Assembly: GCA_027623235.1 (NCBI GenBank)
Contig: JAQBVJ010000018.1
Span: 9,540-73,539, forward strand
Length of the DNA: 64,000 nt
Source of the DNA: Planctomycetota bacterium
GTDB lineage: Bacteria > Planctomycetota > Planctomycetia > Planctomycetales > Planctomycetaceae
Reading direction: 5' to 3'
Made by a program: the position numbers and the translations under genes. Numbering within the stretch: the first letter of the stretch is position 1; the number at the start of each line of letters is the position of its first letter. Below are positions 1 through 7,940 of the stretch, piece after piece. The notes beneath the pieces are model-generated. The model did no database searches. It was not told the DNA's origin and saw only the letters and a program-made list of their open reading frames with translations.

Positions 1-1031
1 CCATTACCGACTTGAACGGGCTGGTCCTGGGATTCGCTGAAATTTACCGCGACCATTCCCTGGAATCGAAAACCGGTGAGTACCGTGACCTGAAACTGAT
101 GGCGCGCCGGGACGCGCTGACTCACGTGGCCAATCGAGGCGAACTTGAAGATCAGCTCAAACGCTATTTCCAGGAGTACGTTGCGTCAGCGCACAAGACA
201 CCTTTCTCTGTGATCTTTCTCGATGTCGATCACTTCAAGAAGACGAACGACACCTTTGGTCACGCGGCGGGCGACGAGGTGCTCATCAGCCTCGCGAGGC
301 TGCTTCAGAACGAAACCTATTCGGGAGAACTGGTCGCAAGATTCGGCGGCGAGGAGTTTGTCATTCTTTGCCCGGAGACAAAACTGGACGACGCGTGGAA
401 GCGGGCAGAACGGCTCCGCCTTGCCATTTCTCGTGCCCGAGTCGTCAACAGCAACGAGTTCACAATCACTGCTTCATTCGGCGTGGCCGAAGTTGAGCCG
501 ACGGACGAAGCCTCGACGGTTATCGAGCGAGCAGACAAAGCGCTCTACATGTCGAAACACGGCGGACGCAACAAGTCCAGTAAACTAACATCCGCTCAAC
601 AGAAGGCGGCCGACAGTACTCTGGTCACGCCGCCGGAAGATGCTGCCGATGCGTTCATTTTTCGTCACAAACTTCGCGCGTGCATCGCAGCGGACATGAT
701 CGTTTATAAGCTCAGCGCCTTTGTGGATGCTCAGGGAGCGAAGCTCGGCAAGGTCTCAAAAGAACTCGTCACGATGAAGGTCGGTCATCGCGGGCTCGTC
801 CCGTTCTGGGGCGCGGCACCGAACCGGCAGCCGCTGAACGTGACGCTGGAAATCGGCGATGAACGCTCGGTGCTGGAACGTGGAGCCAGCAAGCTGGTTG
901 AGATCGGCGTGACGATGACGCCTCTGGGCTGGTGCCGCAAATCCGTCGTCTTTCAGAAGCGAGCCCGAGGGCTGCTGAAAGAACTGCGCGAGTATCTCGC
1001 TGCGGATCATGATGACGACGAGATTGTCTGA
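1..1031 (+). CDS. Diguanylate cyclase (GGDEF domain), 5'-truncated by the window edge, with an uncharacterised C-terminal ~140 aa
   Basis: ORF 12..1031, with the frame open back to base 3. Motifs RDALTHVANRG, FLDVDHFKKTNDTFGHAAGDEVL, RFGGEEFVILCP (GGEEF) and ADKALYMSKHGGRNK. Confidence 0.85.
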   Translation, partial: ITDLNGLVLGFAEIYRDHSLESKTGEYRDLKLMARRDALTHVANRGELEDQLKRYFQEYVASAHKTPFSVIFLDVDHFKKTNDTFGHAAGDEVLISLARLLQNETYSGELVARFGGEEFVILCPETKLDDAWKRAERLRLAISRARVVNSNEFTITASFGVAEVEPTDEASTVIERADKALYMSKHGGRNKSSKLTSAQQKAADSTLVTPPEDAADAFIFRHKLRACIAADMIVYKLSAFVDAQGAKLGKVSKELVTMKVGHRGLVPFWGAAPNRQPLNVTLEIGDERSVLERGASKLVEIGVTMTPLGWCRKSVVFQKRARGLLKELREYLAADHDDDEIV

Positions 1032-1047
1032 GCCGGATCCCGTCTCA

Positions 1048-2559
1048 CTAAGACACGACTGGCAGATCGACCTGCAGTCCGTGATTCAACTGCCGTGTTA
1101 CGATTGAGCCGAGCAGCGTGGTTGCCGAGCAGTCGTGCACGGCGATGTGAGTCAGGCTTCCGGCCAGTCGTGGGTTTCCGTCGAAGACGACGATGCGGTC
1201 ACAGTCGGTTCGGCCAACGAGCTGCGTTTTGTGTGACGCGTCGTCGCCGTGACAGTCCTCGGCTTCCGGGTTGGCTGCGAGCCGTTTTTCCGAAGCCTTG
1301 CTGAGTCCTTCGACGAGGACCTCGACTTCGCGGCCGATGAACTCGGCGTTGTCCTCTTCGCTGACTTCGTTCTGCAGGGCGAGCATCTCGTTGTTTCGCC
1401 GCCGCTTAACGTCATCGGGGATGTCGTCCGGCCAGAGTCCATCGGCCTTCGTGCCAGGCCGCTCGCTGTATTTGAAGATGAAGCTGTTCTTGAATCGGAA
1501 CTCACGGATGAGGTTCATACTGAGCTCAAACGACTCCTCGGTCTCACCGCAGAAGCCGACGATAAAGTCGCTTGAGACGGCAGCGTCTGGAACGGTTTCG
1601 TGAATTCGCTGCATCATCTCGCGGTAGTCGCTGACCGTGTATCCCCGCTTCATTCGAGCGAGGACTTCGTCGCAACCCGACTGCGCCGGGACGTGAAGAT
1701 AGCGGCTGACTTTCGGCAGATCGCGGACCGCCTGAAGCAGGTCCAGCGTCATGTCCTTCGGGTAGTTCGTGACGAATTTGATTCGCTCGATTCCGTCCGT
1801 GTCGTGAATCAGCTCGAGCAGATCCGCAAGTCGGTATTCTTTGCCGTCCTCGATGTGCCGATAGCTGTTGACCGTCTGGCCGAGAAGAGTGACCTCCTTC
1901 ACGCCCTGTCCGGCGAGCGTTCGAACCTCGGAGGTGATCTGACTGGGCGAGCGACTCTGTTCGGGGCCGCGGGTCATCGGGACGACGCAGTAGGTACAGA
2001 ACTTGTCGCAGCCAATCATGATCCGCACAAAGGCCTGGTATGGCGACGGCCGCATCTCCGGATCCCGCAGCGGGTCGTAGCTCTCAAAACTGCCGGCGAC
2101 CTGAGTCCGCGAACCGTCCCGACGGCCGAGGCTGACAGCCATCTGACGCTGACGATTCTCTCGCGTCTCATCGATAAGCCGGGGAATCTCAGCGAGTTGT
2201 CCGGTGCCGACGACGATATCAACGTGCGGTGCCCGCTCAAAAATGATCTCCTGATCTTTCTGAGCCATGCAGCCCATCACGCCGATCACCAGATTCGGCC
2301 GCGTTCGCTTGCTGTACTTGATCCGGCCGAGCTGGCTGTAAATCTTGTGCTCGGCATGCTCACGCACGCTGCACGTGTTGAAGAGGATCGTGTCCGCCGC
2401 GCCGATGTCGTCGGTGAGCTCGTAGTTCCCACCCCGCATTGCTCCCACGACGAGCTCACTGTCGAGCATGTTCATCTGACAGCCGACAGTCTCAATGTAG
2501 AGCTGGTGGTTGTGGTCAGCGGATTTCGACAGCGGTTCCGAATTCAAGAACGGGTCCAC
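1048..2559 (-). CDS. miaB: tRNA-2-methylthio-N6-dimethylallyladenosine synthase (methylthiotransferase MiaB)
   Basis: 503 aa. N-terminal MTTase motif YIETVGCQMN, radical-SAM CDKFCTYCVVP, C-terminal TRAM-like region. TAG stop. Confidence 0.9.
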   Translation of the reverse strand: MDPFLNSEPLSKSADHNHQLYIETVGCQMNMLDSELVVGAMRGGNYELTDDIGAADTILFNTCSVREHAEHKIYSQLGRIKYSKRTRPNLVIGVMGCMAQKDQEIIFERAPHVDIVVGTGQLAEIPRLIDETRENRQRQMAVSLGRRDGSRTQVAGSFESYDPLRDPEMRPSPYQAFVRIMIGCDKFCTYCVVPMTRGPEQSRSPSQITSEVRTLAGQGVKEVTLLGQTVNSYRHIEDGKEYRLADLLELIHDTDGIERIKFVTNYPKDMTLDLLQAVRDLPKVSRYLHVPAQSGCDEVLARMKRGYTVSDYREMMQRIHETVPDAAVSSDFIVGFCGETEESFELSMNLIREFRFKNSFIFKYSERPGTKADGLWPDDIPDDVKRRRNNEMLALQNEVSEEDNAEFIGREVEVLVEGLSKASEKRLAANPEAEDCHGDDASHKTQLVGRTDCDRIVVFDGNPRLAGSLTHIAVHDCSATTLLGSIVTRQLNHGLQVDLPVVS

Positions 2560-2664
2560 GGAAAGCCTCGGGAATCAAAGGGAGCTCGACCGGAAGAGAA
2601 TCTTCTCTCCCAGCCATTGCGTTGGTCGTACCGTCCAGGAAACGACCCTTCAAGTCGGTCTCGA

Positions 2665-2808
2665 TCAGACAGTTGTCTTTTTCAGGCCGTTGCCGGCGTC
2701 AGACAGGCCCCGCGTTCGATTCGCGGTCCGCCTTTCGGCCAGCTGGATGAAGGATCGCAGCGCCAGGAAAGTCGCCACAGCATATAGAAGAATGTGCCAG
2801 GCCGTCAT
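2665..2808 (-). CDS. Possible 47-aa single-pass membrane protein (unknown family)
   Basis: Internal ATG at 2808 of ORF 2665..2934, preceded by AAGGAG about 8 nt upstream. Hydrophobic helix WHILLYAVATFLALRSFI. Lies between efp and miaB on the same strand. Confidence 0.35.
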   Translation of the reverse strand: MTAWHILLYAVATFLALRSFIQLAERRTANRTRGLSDAGNGLKKTTV

Positions 2809-2872
2809 CTTCTCACTCCTTCGAGGTTGAGACGGAGTTGCCCTCAGATTGTCGCCAGCCAGTCCAGCTGAC

Positions 2873-3442
2873 TCAGTTACGTACTCGCTCGATGTATTCG
2901 CCCGTCCGTGCGTCGACTTTGATCTTGTCGCCATCGTTGATGAAGGCGGGAACTTTCACCTCGGCTCCGGTCTCGACCGTCGCTGCTTTTGTCACGTTGG
3001 TTGCTGTATCTCCCCGAGCTGCCGGCTCAGTATAAGTGACAGTGAGCGTCACGTGGCTGCCCGGGTCCACATCGATGAGTCGGTCATTCCAGAGGAGCAG
3101 GTCGCAGACGGCCCCGTCGAGCATGAATGCGGCCGCTGTGCCGAGGTTAACAGTCGGCATGGAGTGCTGCTCGAACGAATCGTTATCCATGAAGACAAAG
3201 TTTTCGCCGTCCCGGTACAGAAACTGTCCCGTGGTTTTACGAATATCCGCCTGCTCCAGGCTGTCTCCGCTGCGGTACGTCGGCGTCGTGATCGTGCCCT
3301 TGAGCAGATGTCTCAGTTTGAGCTTGTAGAGCGCCTGTCCTTTGCCGGGCTTCACGAAGTTGTACTCAACGATATCATAAGGGTCGCCGTCGATGATGAC
3401 TTTGAGGCCCTTTTTGAAATCTCCGGCATTGATACTCGGCAT
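2873..3442 (-). CDS. efp: Translation elongation factor P
   Basis: 189 aa, MPSINAGDFKKGLKVIIDGDPY...VKPGKGQALYKLKLRHL. The conserved Lys loop KPGKGQA is present. TGA stop at the expected C-terminus. Confidence 0.95.
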   Translation of the reverse strand: MPSINAGDFKKGLKVIIDGDPYDIVEYNFVKPGKGQALYKLKLRHLLKGTITTPTYRSGDSLEQADIRKTTGQFLYRDGENFVFMDNDSFEQHSMPTVNLGTAAAFMLDGAVCDLLLWNDRLIDVDPGSHVTLTVTYTEPAARGDTATNVTKAATVETGAEVKVPAFINDGDKIKVDARTGEYIERVRN

Positions 3443-3665
3443 AGATCACCCTGAAACGCTGCTTGATTTGTACGGTGTTGAATATTGTCGAGCGGTCTGC
3501 CGATCACGCTTGTCGAGCACCCGCCTGAGGTTTGACTCTCCTCATCGAGGCGGGACAATAACAAATCCCCAGACGCCGGCAAATCCCGAACAGCCGGGCA
3601 CAAAACCTCGTCGGTAACGTCCGGTCAGCTCCGGACACACCACCTGAGTCATCGCGGAGCGATCG

Positions 3666-4760
3666 TTGACGGACACCCCCAACCAGCCCGATGTGCCATC
3701 GGATTCGGAAATCGGCTCGCTGGCGGATCAAGACGAGGCGCGATGGGTGAATGCGTCCGGTTTGCATCCTGCGACCCGTCCGCTCGATACCTGGCATCGG
3801 TCGCTTGCCGAGGCGATCCGTGACCCCGACGAGCTGATCACGCGGCTCGGCCTTCGCGACGAGTTCCGTGTCGCAGCCCGTTCTGCCGCTCGCCTGTTTC
3901 CGCTACTTGTTCCCGAGAGTTTTCTGAGACGCATCGAGCCTGGAAATCTGGACGATCCGCTCCTTCGCCAGGTCCTGCCGCTGGGCTCAGAACACGACGA
4001 GTTGCCCGACTTTAAAACGGACGCGGTTGACGATGGCCGCTTCCGGCTCGCCCCCGGCCTCCTGCACAAGTACCACGGTCGGGCTCTGTTGATCGCGACC
4101 GGTTCCTGCGCCGTCCACTGTCGCTACTGTTTCCGGCGGCACTATCCGTACGGTGAGGAGCCACGCCGCCTTGCCGACTGGGAGCCCGCTCTCGATGCCC
4201 TGCGCAAGGATGCCTCGATCGAAGAGGTTCTGCTCAGTGGAGGCGACCCGCTCATGCTGACCGATCAGCGGCTGAGCGATCTCATCGGCCGTCTTGCCGA
4301 TATCCCTCATCTGCGGCGAATTCGGATTCACACGCGACTGCCGATTGTCCTCCCCGACCGCGTCACGCAGTCGCTCCTGAATCAGCTTTCTGCGTGCCGC
4401 ATGAAAATGATCTTTGTCGTACACGCCAACCACGCGGCCGAACTCGTCGACGACTGCGCGGCCGCGCTGCGCCGCCTCGTCGAAGCGCCGCTGACTGTGC
4501 TGAACCAGGCTGTGCTTCTGCGAGGTGTCAACGATTCCGTCGAGGCTCAGTGCGACCTGTCTCTGCATTTGATCGAGCTTGGCGTGATTCCGTACTACCT
4601 GCACCAGCTCGACCGGGTTGCCGGTGCCGCTCACTTCGAAGTTCCAATCGAAACCGGCCGAGCGATCGTCCAGGAAATGCGCCGTCGTCTGCCCGGCTAC
4701 GCAGTACCCCGCTACGTTCAGGAGATTCCTGGCGAAGCGCATAAGACGGTCCTGGAGTAG
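3666..4760 (+). CDS. epmB: EF-P beta-lysylation protein EpmB (lysine 2,3-aminomutase-like radical SAM, KamA family)
   Basis: CAVHCRYCFRRHYPY (CxxxCxxC), SGGDPLML. Divergent neighbour of efp, as in E. coli. Start uncertain (TTG 3666 or GTG 3693). Confidence 0.8.
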   Translation: MTDTPNQPDVPSDSEIGSLADQDEARWVNASGLHPATRPLDTWHRSLAEAIRDPDELITRLGLRDEFRVAARSAARLFPLLVPESFLRRIEPGNLDDPLLRQVLPLGSEHDELPDFKTDAVDDGRFRLAPGLLHKYHGRALLIATGSCAVHCRYCFRRHYPYGEEPRRLADWEPALDALRKDASIEEVLLSGGDPLMLTDQRLSDLIGRLADIPHLRRIRIHTRLPIVLPDRVTQSLLNQLSACRMKMIFVVHANHAAELVDDCAAALRRLVEAPLTVLNQAVLLRGVNDSVEAQCDLSLHLIELGVIPYYLHQLDRVAGAAHFEVPIETGRAIVQEMRRRLPGYAVPRYVQEIPGEAHKTVLE

Positions 4761-4761
4761 T

Positions 4762-5631
4762 ATGTCTGCGTCCCACACGGTCGAACGTCCGGCGGAACTT
4801 CTGGCCTTTCTGCTTGCCAGTTGCCCGGACGTGGCGCGGGCGAAGGTGCAGCGCTGGCTCAAGTACGGCATGGTTCAAGTCAACGGGGAATCGTTCACTC
4901 GCTTCAATCATCCATTGTTGCCGGGGGATCGGATTTCGATTCTCGACCAGGGCGACGTTCGAGCCAGAAGTCAGTTGCCATCGGGAATGAAGATTCTGTT
5001 TCAGGACGCTTCGCTCATCGTTATCGAGAAGCCCGATAATCTATTGAGCATTGCCAGTGATGCGGAACGGGAAAAGACGGCCTATGCGCATCTGACGAAC
5101 TACGTGCGCCAGGGTCAGTCTCAGAGATCTGAGCGAGTGTGGATCGTCCATCGGCTGGACCGTGAGACGTCCGGCCTCATGGTGTTTGCGAAGACCGAAG
5201 CGTGTAAGACGATGTTGCAGTCGCACTGGAAGAGAGCCGAGAAACGCTATCTGGCAGTGGTGGAAGGAGCCCCTCCGGAACCCGCAGGCGTCTTGAAGTC
5301 CCACCTTGATGAGAGCAGCCCGTTCAAAGTGTTCAGCGTGCCGGAAAGCGAACAGACGCGTCATGCGGTCACGCATTATCGCCTGGTCAAAAAGAACACG
5401 AGCATGGCATTAGTGGAACTGACGCTGGAGACCGGCCGACGCCACCAGATTCGAGTGCACCTGTCCGATATTGGATGTCCGATTGTTGGAGACGAAAAAT
5501 ACGACGCTCGAACAAATCCCGCGCGACGACTGGGATTGCACGCGAGCTACCTCCAGTTCGAGCATCCGTTGTCCGGAGAGGTTTTACAGTTTGAATCGCC
5601 ACTGCCAGCGGCCCTCGCCAGACTTCTCTGA
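4762..5631 (+). CDS. RluA-family pseudouridine synthase with N-terminal S4-like domain
   Basis: ATG at 4762, one nt after the epmB stop. HRLDRETSGLMVFAKT catalytic Asp motif and GRRHQIRVHL. The upstream part of ORF 4618..5631 overlaps epmB and is not used. Confidence 0.85.
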   Translation: MSASHTVERPAELLAFLLASCPDVARAKVQRWLKYGMVQVNGESFTRFNHPLLPGDRISILDQGDVRARSQLPSGMKILFQDASLIVIEKPDNLLSIASDAEREKTAYAHLTNYVRQGQSQRSERVWIVHRLDRETSGLMVFAKTEACKTMLQSHWKRAEKRYLAVVEGAPPEPAGVLKSHLDESSPFKVFSVPESEQTRHAVTHYRLVKKNTSMALVELTLETGRRHQIRVHLSDIGCPIVGDEKYDARTNPARRLGLHASYLQFEHPLSGEVLQFESPLPAALARLL

Positions 5632-5809
5632 CCGAACAGGCTCGACCTCTCGTCAGAATTCCACGGATTGCCGTCGCGATGTTTCGACGCGGATGTCAGA
5701 GACTGGCCACGGCTGTGTATAAAGGAAGAGGGACGAGCGCACGCGGCGGGCAATCATTCAACTGTTTCGGCGCTTCCGATAAACATCCCGTGCCCATGGC
5801 AGCGGACTG

Positions 5810-6406
5810 ATGAACTCAAACCCGGAAACTCGAGCCAGTCTGCTGATTCGAGTCCGCGATTCGGCGGACCAGACGGCCTGACAGGAATTCGTCGAGATCT
5901 ACCGGCCCGTCATTTTGCGGCTGGCTCAGCAAATGGGCATGCAGCATGCCGACGCAGACGATGTCGCTCAGGGAGTTCTCGTGTCGATCGCGAAGGCGGT
6001 TGAGCAACGGCAGCACGACCCGAAGCGGGCGAGGTTTCGCACCTGGCTGCACCGGGTGGCTCAGAATGCGATCCTCAACGCGCTGACTCGCGGCAAGCCG
6101 GATCGTGGGTCTGGCGATTCGGCGATGCACGACGTGTTGAATCAGCACGAATCGCCGACGGGACCGGGCTCGGACCTGCTGCGAATTGAGTATCGCCGCG
6201 AGGTGTTCCGCTGGGCCGCGCGACAGGTTCGCCAGGAATTTCAACAGGCGACCTGGGACGCGTTCTGGCTGACGGCCGTCGATGGCCGCTCCGTTGAGGA
6301 CGTCGCAGACGAACTCGCGAAAAATCCAGGTGCGATTTACGCCGCACGCAGCCGCATCATTCGGCGAATCCAGGAAAAAGTGACGGAGTACGAGCAGGAC
6401 GCTTAA
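5810..6406 (+). pseudogene. ECF-type RNA polymerase sigma factor, frame interrupted by in-frame TGA at 5879-5881
   Basis: ATG 5810 gives MNSNPETRASLLIRVRDSADQTA, then TGA, then QEFVEIYRPVILRLAQQMGMQHADADDVAQ... in the same frame as ORF 5915..6406 (sigma regions 2 and 4, NPGAIYAARSRIIRRI). The stop sits where a Trp is expected. Confidence 0.6.
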
Positions 6407-6456
6407 ACTCGGTGTCAGACTTCATCGGCCGCTGTGTATAGGTTGTCAGGAGAAAT

Positions 6457-7815
6457 GTGATGAACAACAGCCAGTTGACCTGCGACCGGAAACGAATCCA
6501 GCTGCTCCTCGATGCGAGGCTCAGTGACGACGAACAAAGTGAATTCGAGCGGCACCTCGATGACTGTTCCGACTGTCGGGATCAGCTTGAGGCAACGGCG
6601 GCTCGCGATGAGATCTGGTCGGGAGTCCGGGAGGCTCTGCCTGGTCAGTCGATGTTCCTGGGATTGCCACGGCCGGATGGCCAGAGTTCCGACGGCTCGA
6701 TGACTGATTCGGCCACCGATCGTGATGCGGGCTTCAGCCAGCAGGCCGTCCTCAACCTGCTGGCCCCGACAGACGACGAGCGGATGCTCGGCCGGCTGGG
6801 GACGTATGAAGTGGCAGGAGTGATCGCCGGGACCGAACGCGTTTCGCATTTCGAAGTGGGAGCACTGAAATTCTCGCCGGATGGAACCCTGCTGGCCGTC
6901 GGGACGAGTATCGGTCAGGTCAAGCTGTTCGACGTTCGCACCGGCGAAGTTGTGCGTTCGTTCGACGATGAAAAAGCGAAGCTGGCCGATGAGAAAACTC
7001 CAGCGAGCTGGAAGTCTCTGCGGCGAGCCATGGGTGGCGTTGTTGCTCTTGCGTTTTCTCCGGACGGCAGACAGCTCGCGATGTGCGGCGCCTCGTTTGC
7101 CGACTTTGCTGTCAGTTTCAATTCTGTCAGGCGGCTGACGCGGTCCGTGACAGGTCCAGGCCGGGTCAAAGTCTGGGACGTCGGAACCGGCGAGATGAAG
7201 TACGACCTCGCGGGACACGACAGCCATGTCAATGACGTCGTCTTTTCGCCTGATGGCAGCATGCTGGCGAGCGCCGGCAACTGGCTGACGCCGGATGACT
7301 GGGGCACCGGCGTCGTCCTGTGGAGTGCTCACACCGGGTCAAAGATTCGCAGCTTCGAAACTTCCGCAAACGGCGGCACGAGGTCGATCGCGTTCTCATC
7401 CGACAGTCGATGGCTGGCGATCGGGACGCAGCGCTTTGATAACTCAAATTCAAGGGAACCCAGTTCGGGCGGAGTCAGTCTCGTTCAGGTTTCGTCCGGG
7501 ACGGTGGCCTGGCTGGTGACTGTTCCTGGCTGGGCAGGTTCCGTCGAATTCCTGGCTGACGGGAAAACTCTCTCAGTCCTGTGCGGTGGGAGATCGATCC
7601 GGTTTCTGAACACCGCTGCCGGAAAGGTTCAGAGCGAATTTCGCAAATCAGATTTGGAACGCGGACTCTGGTGGGATTCCGCCATCGCACCGCAGGGTGA
7701 CCGGCTGGCGATCGGCGTTGGCGGCAGAGATCGCACAGGGAGCGTCGAGATTCGTGATCTGACTGTGCTGAAACTCAGTGAGGACGAGGCTGCGGCCACG
7801 GCCAGCGAGAATTGA
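6457..7815 (+). CDS. Putative anti-sigma factor: N-terminal zf-HC2 motif fused to a WD40 beta-propeller
   Basis: HLDDCSDCRDQLE near the N-terminus. Repeated FSPDG.../VWD.. WD40-like units (LKFSPDGTLLAVGT, LAFSPDGRQLAMCG, VVFSPDGSMLASAG). Immediately downstream of the ECF sigma gene. Confidence 0.7.
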   Translation: MMNNSQLTCDRKRIQLLLDARLSDDEQSEFERHLDDCSDCRDQLEATAARDEIWSGVREALPGQSMFLGLPRPDGQSSDGSMTDSATDRDAGFSQQAVLNLLAPTDDERMLGRLGTYEVAGVIAGTERVSHFEVGALKFSPDGTLLAVGTSIGQVKLFDVRTGEVVRSFDDEKAKLADEKTPASWKSLRRAMGGVVALAFSPDGRQLAMCGASFADFAVSFNSVRRLTRSVTGPGRVKVWDVGTGEMKYDLAGHDSHVNDVVFSPDGSMLASAGNWLTPDDWGTGVVLWSAHTGSKIRSFETSANGGTRSIAFSSDSRWLAIGTQRFDNSNSREPSSGGVSLVQVSSGTVAWLVTVPGWAGSVEFLADGKTLSVLCGGRSIRFLNTAAGKVQSEFRKSDLERGLWWDSAIAPQGDRLAIGVGGRDRTGSVEIRDLTVLKLSEDEAAATASEN

Positions 7816-7940
7816 TCGGATTCCGCTGAGGCCGTCTCCCTCCGGAACCGGCCGTGCGTCAGGTGAATCTTGCCTTCCGTCGGCTGGTGTGAAAGACTGG
7901 CGATCCTCGCGGCTCCCTCCTGATCACCCGCCGGTCTGCC

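Noticed and set aside
1600-2787. 395-aa plus-strand ORF, with similar shadow ORFs at 13689..14471, 16362..17258, 49069..49764, 50545..51189, 56665..57456, 58202..59110 and 59231..59998
   Set aside because: All lie opposite genes with strong family motifs (miaB, dnaA, sppA, SNF2, PSD1, DUF1501) and have no motifs of their own.
2873-7815. Genome-wide reassignment of TGA (to Trp or Gly) as the explanation for the in-frame TGAs
   Set aside because: efp (stop at 2873-2875), the Rlu synthase (5629-5631) and the WD40 gene (7813-7815) all terminate with TGA at plausible C-termini. TGA therefore functions as a stop in this organism.
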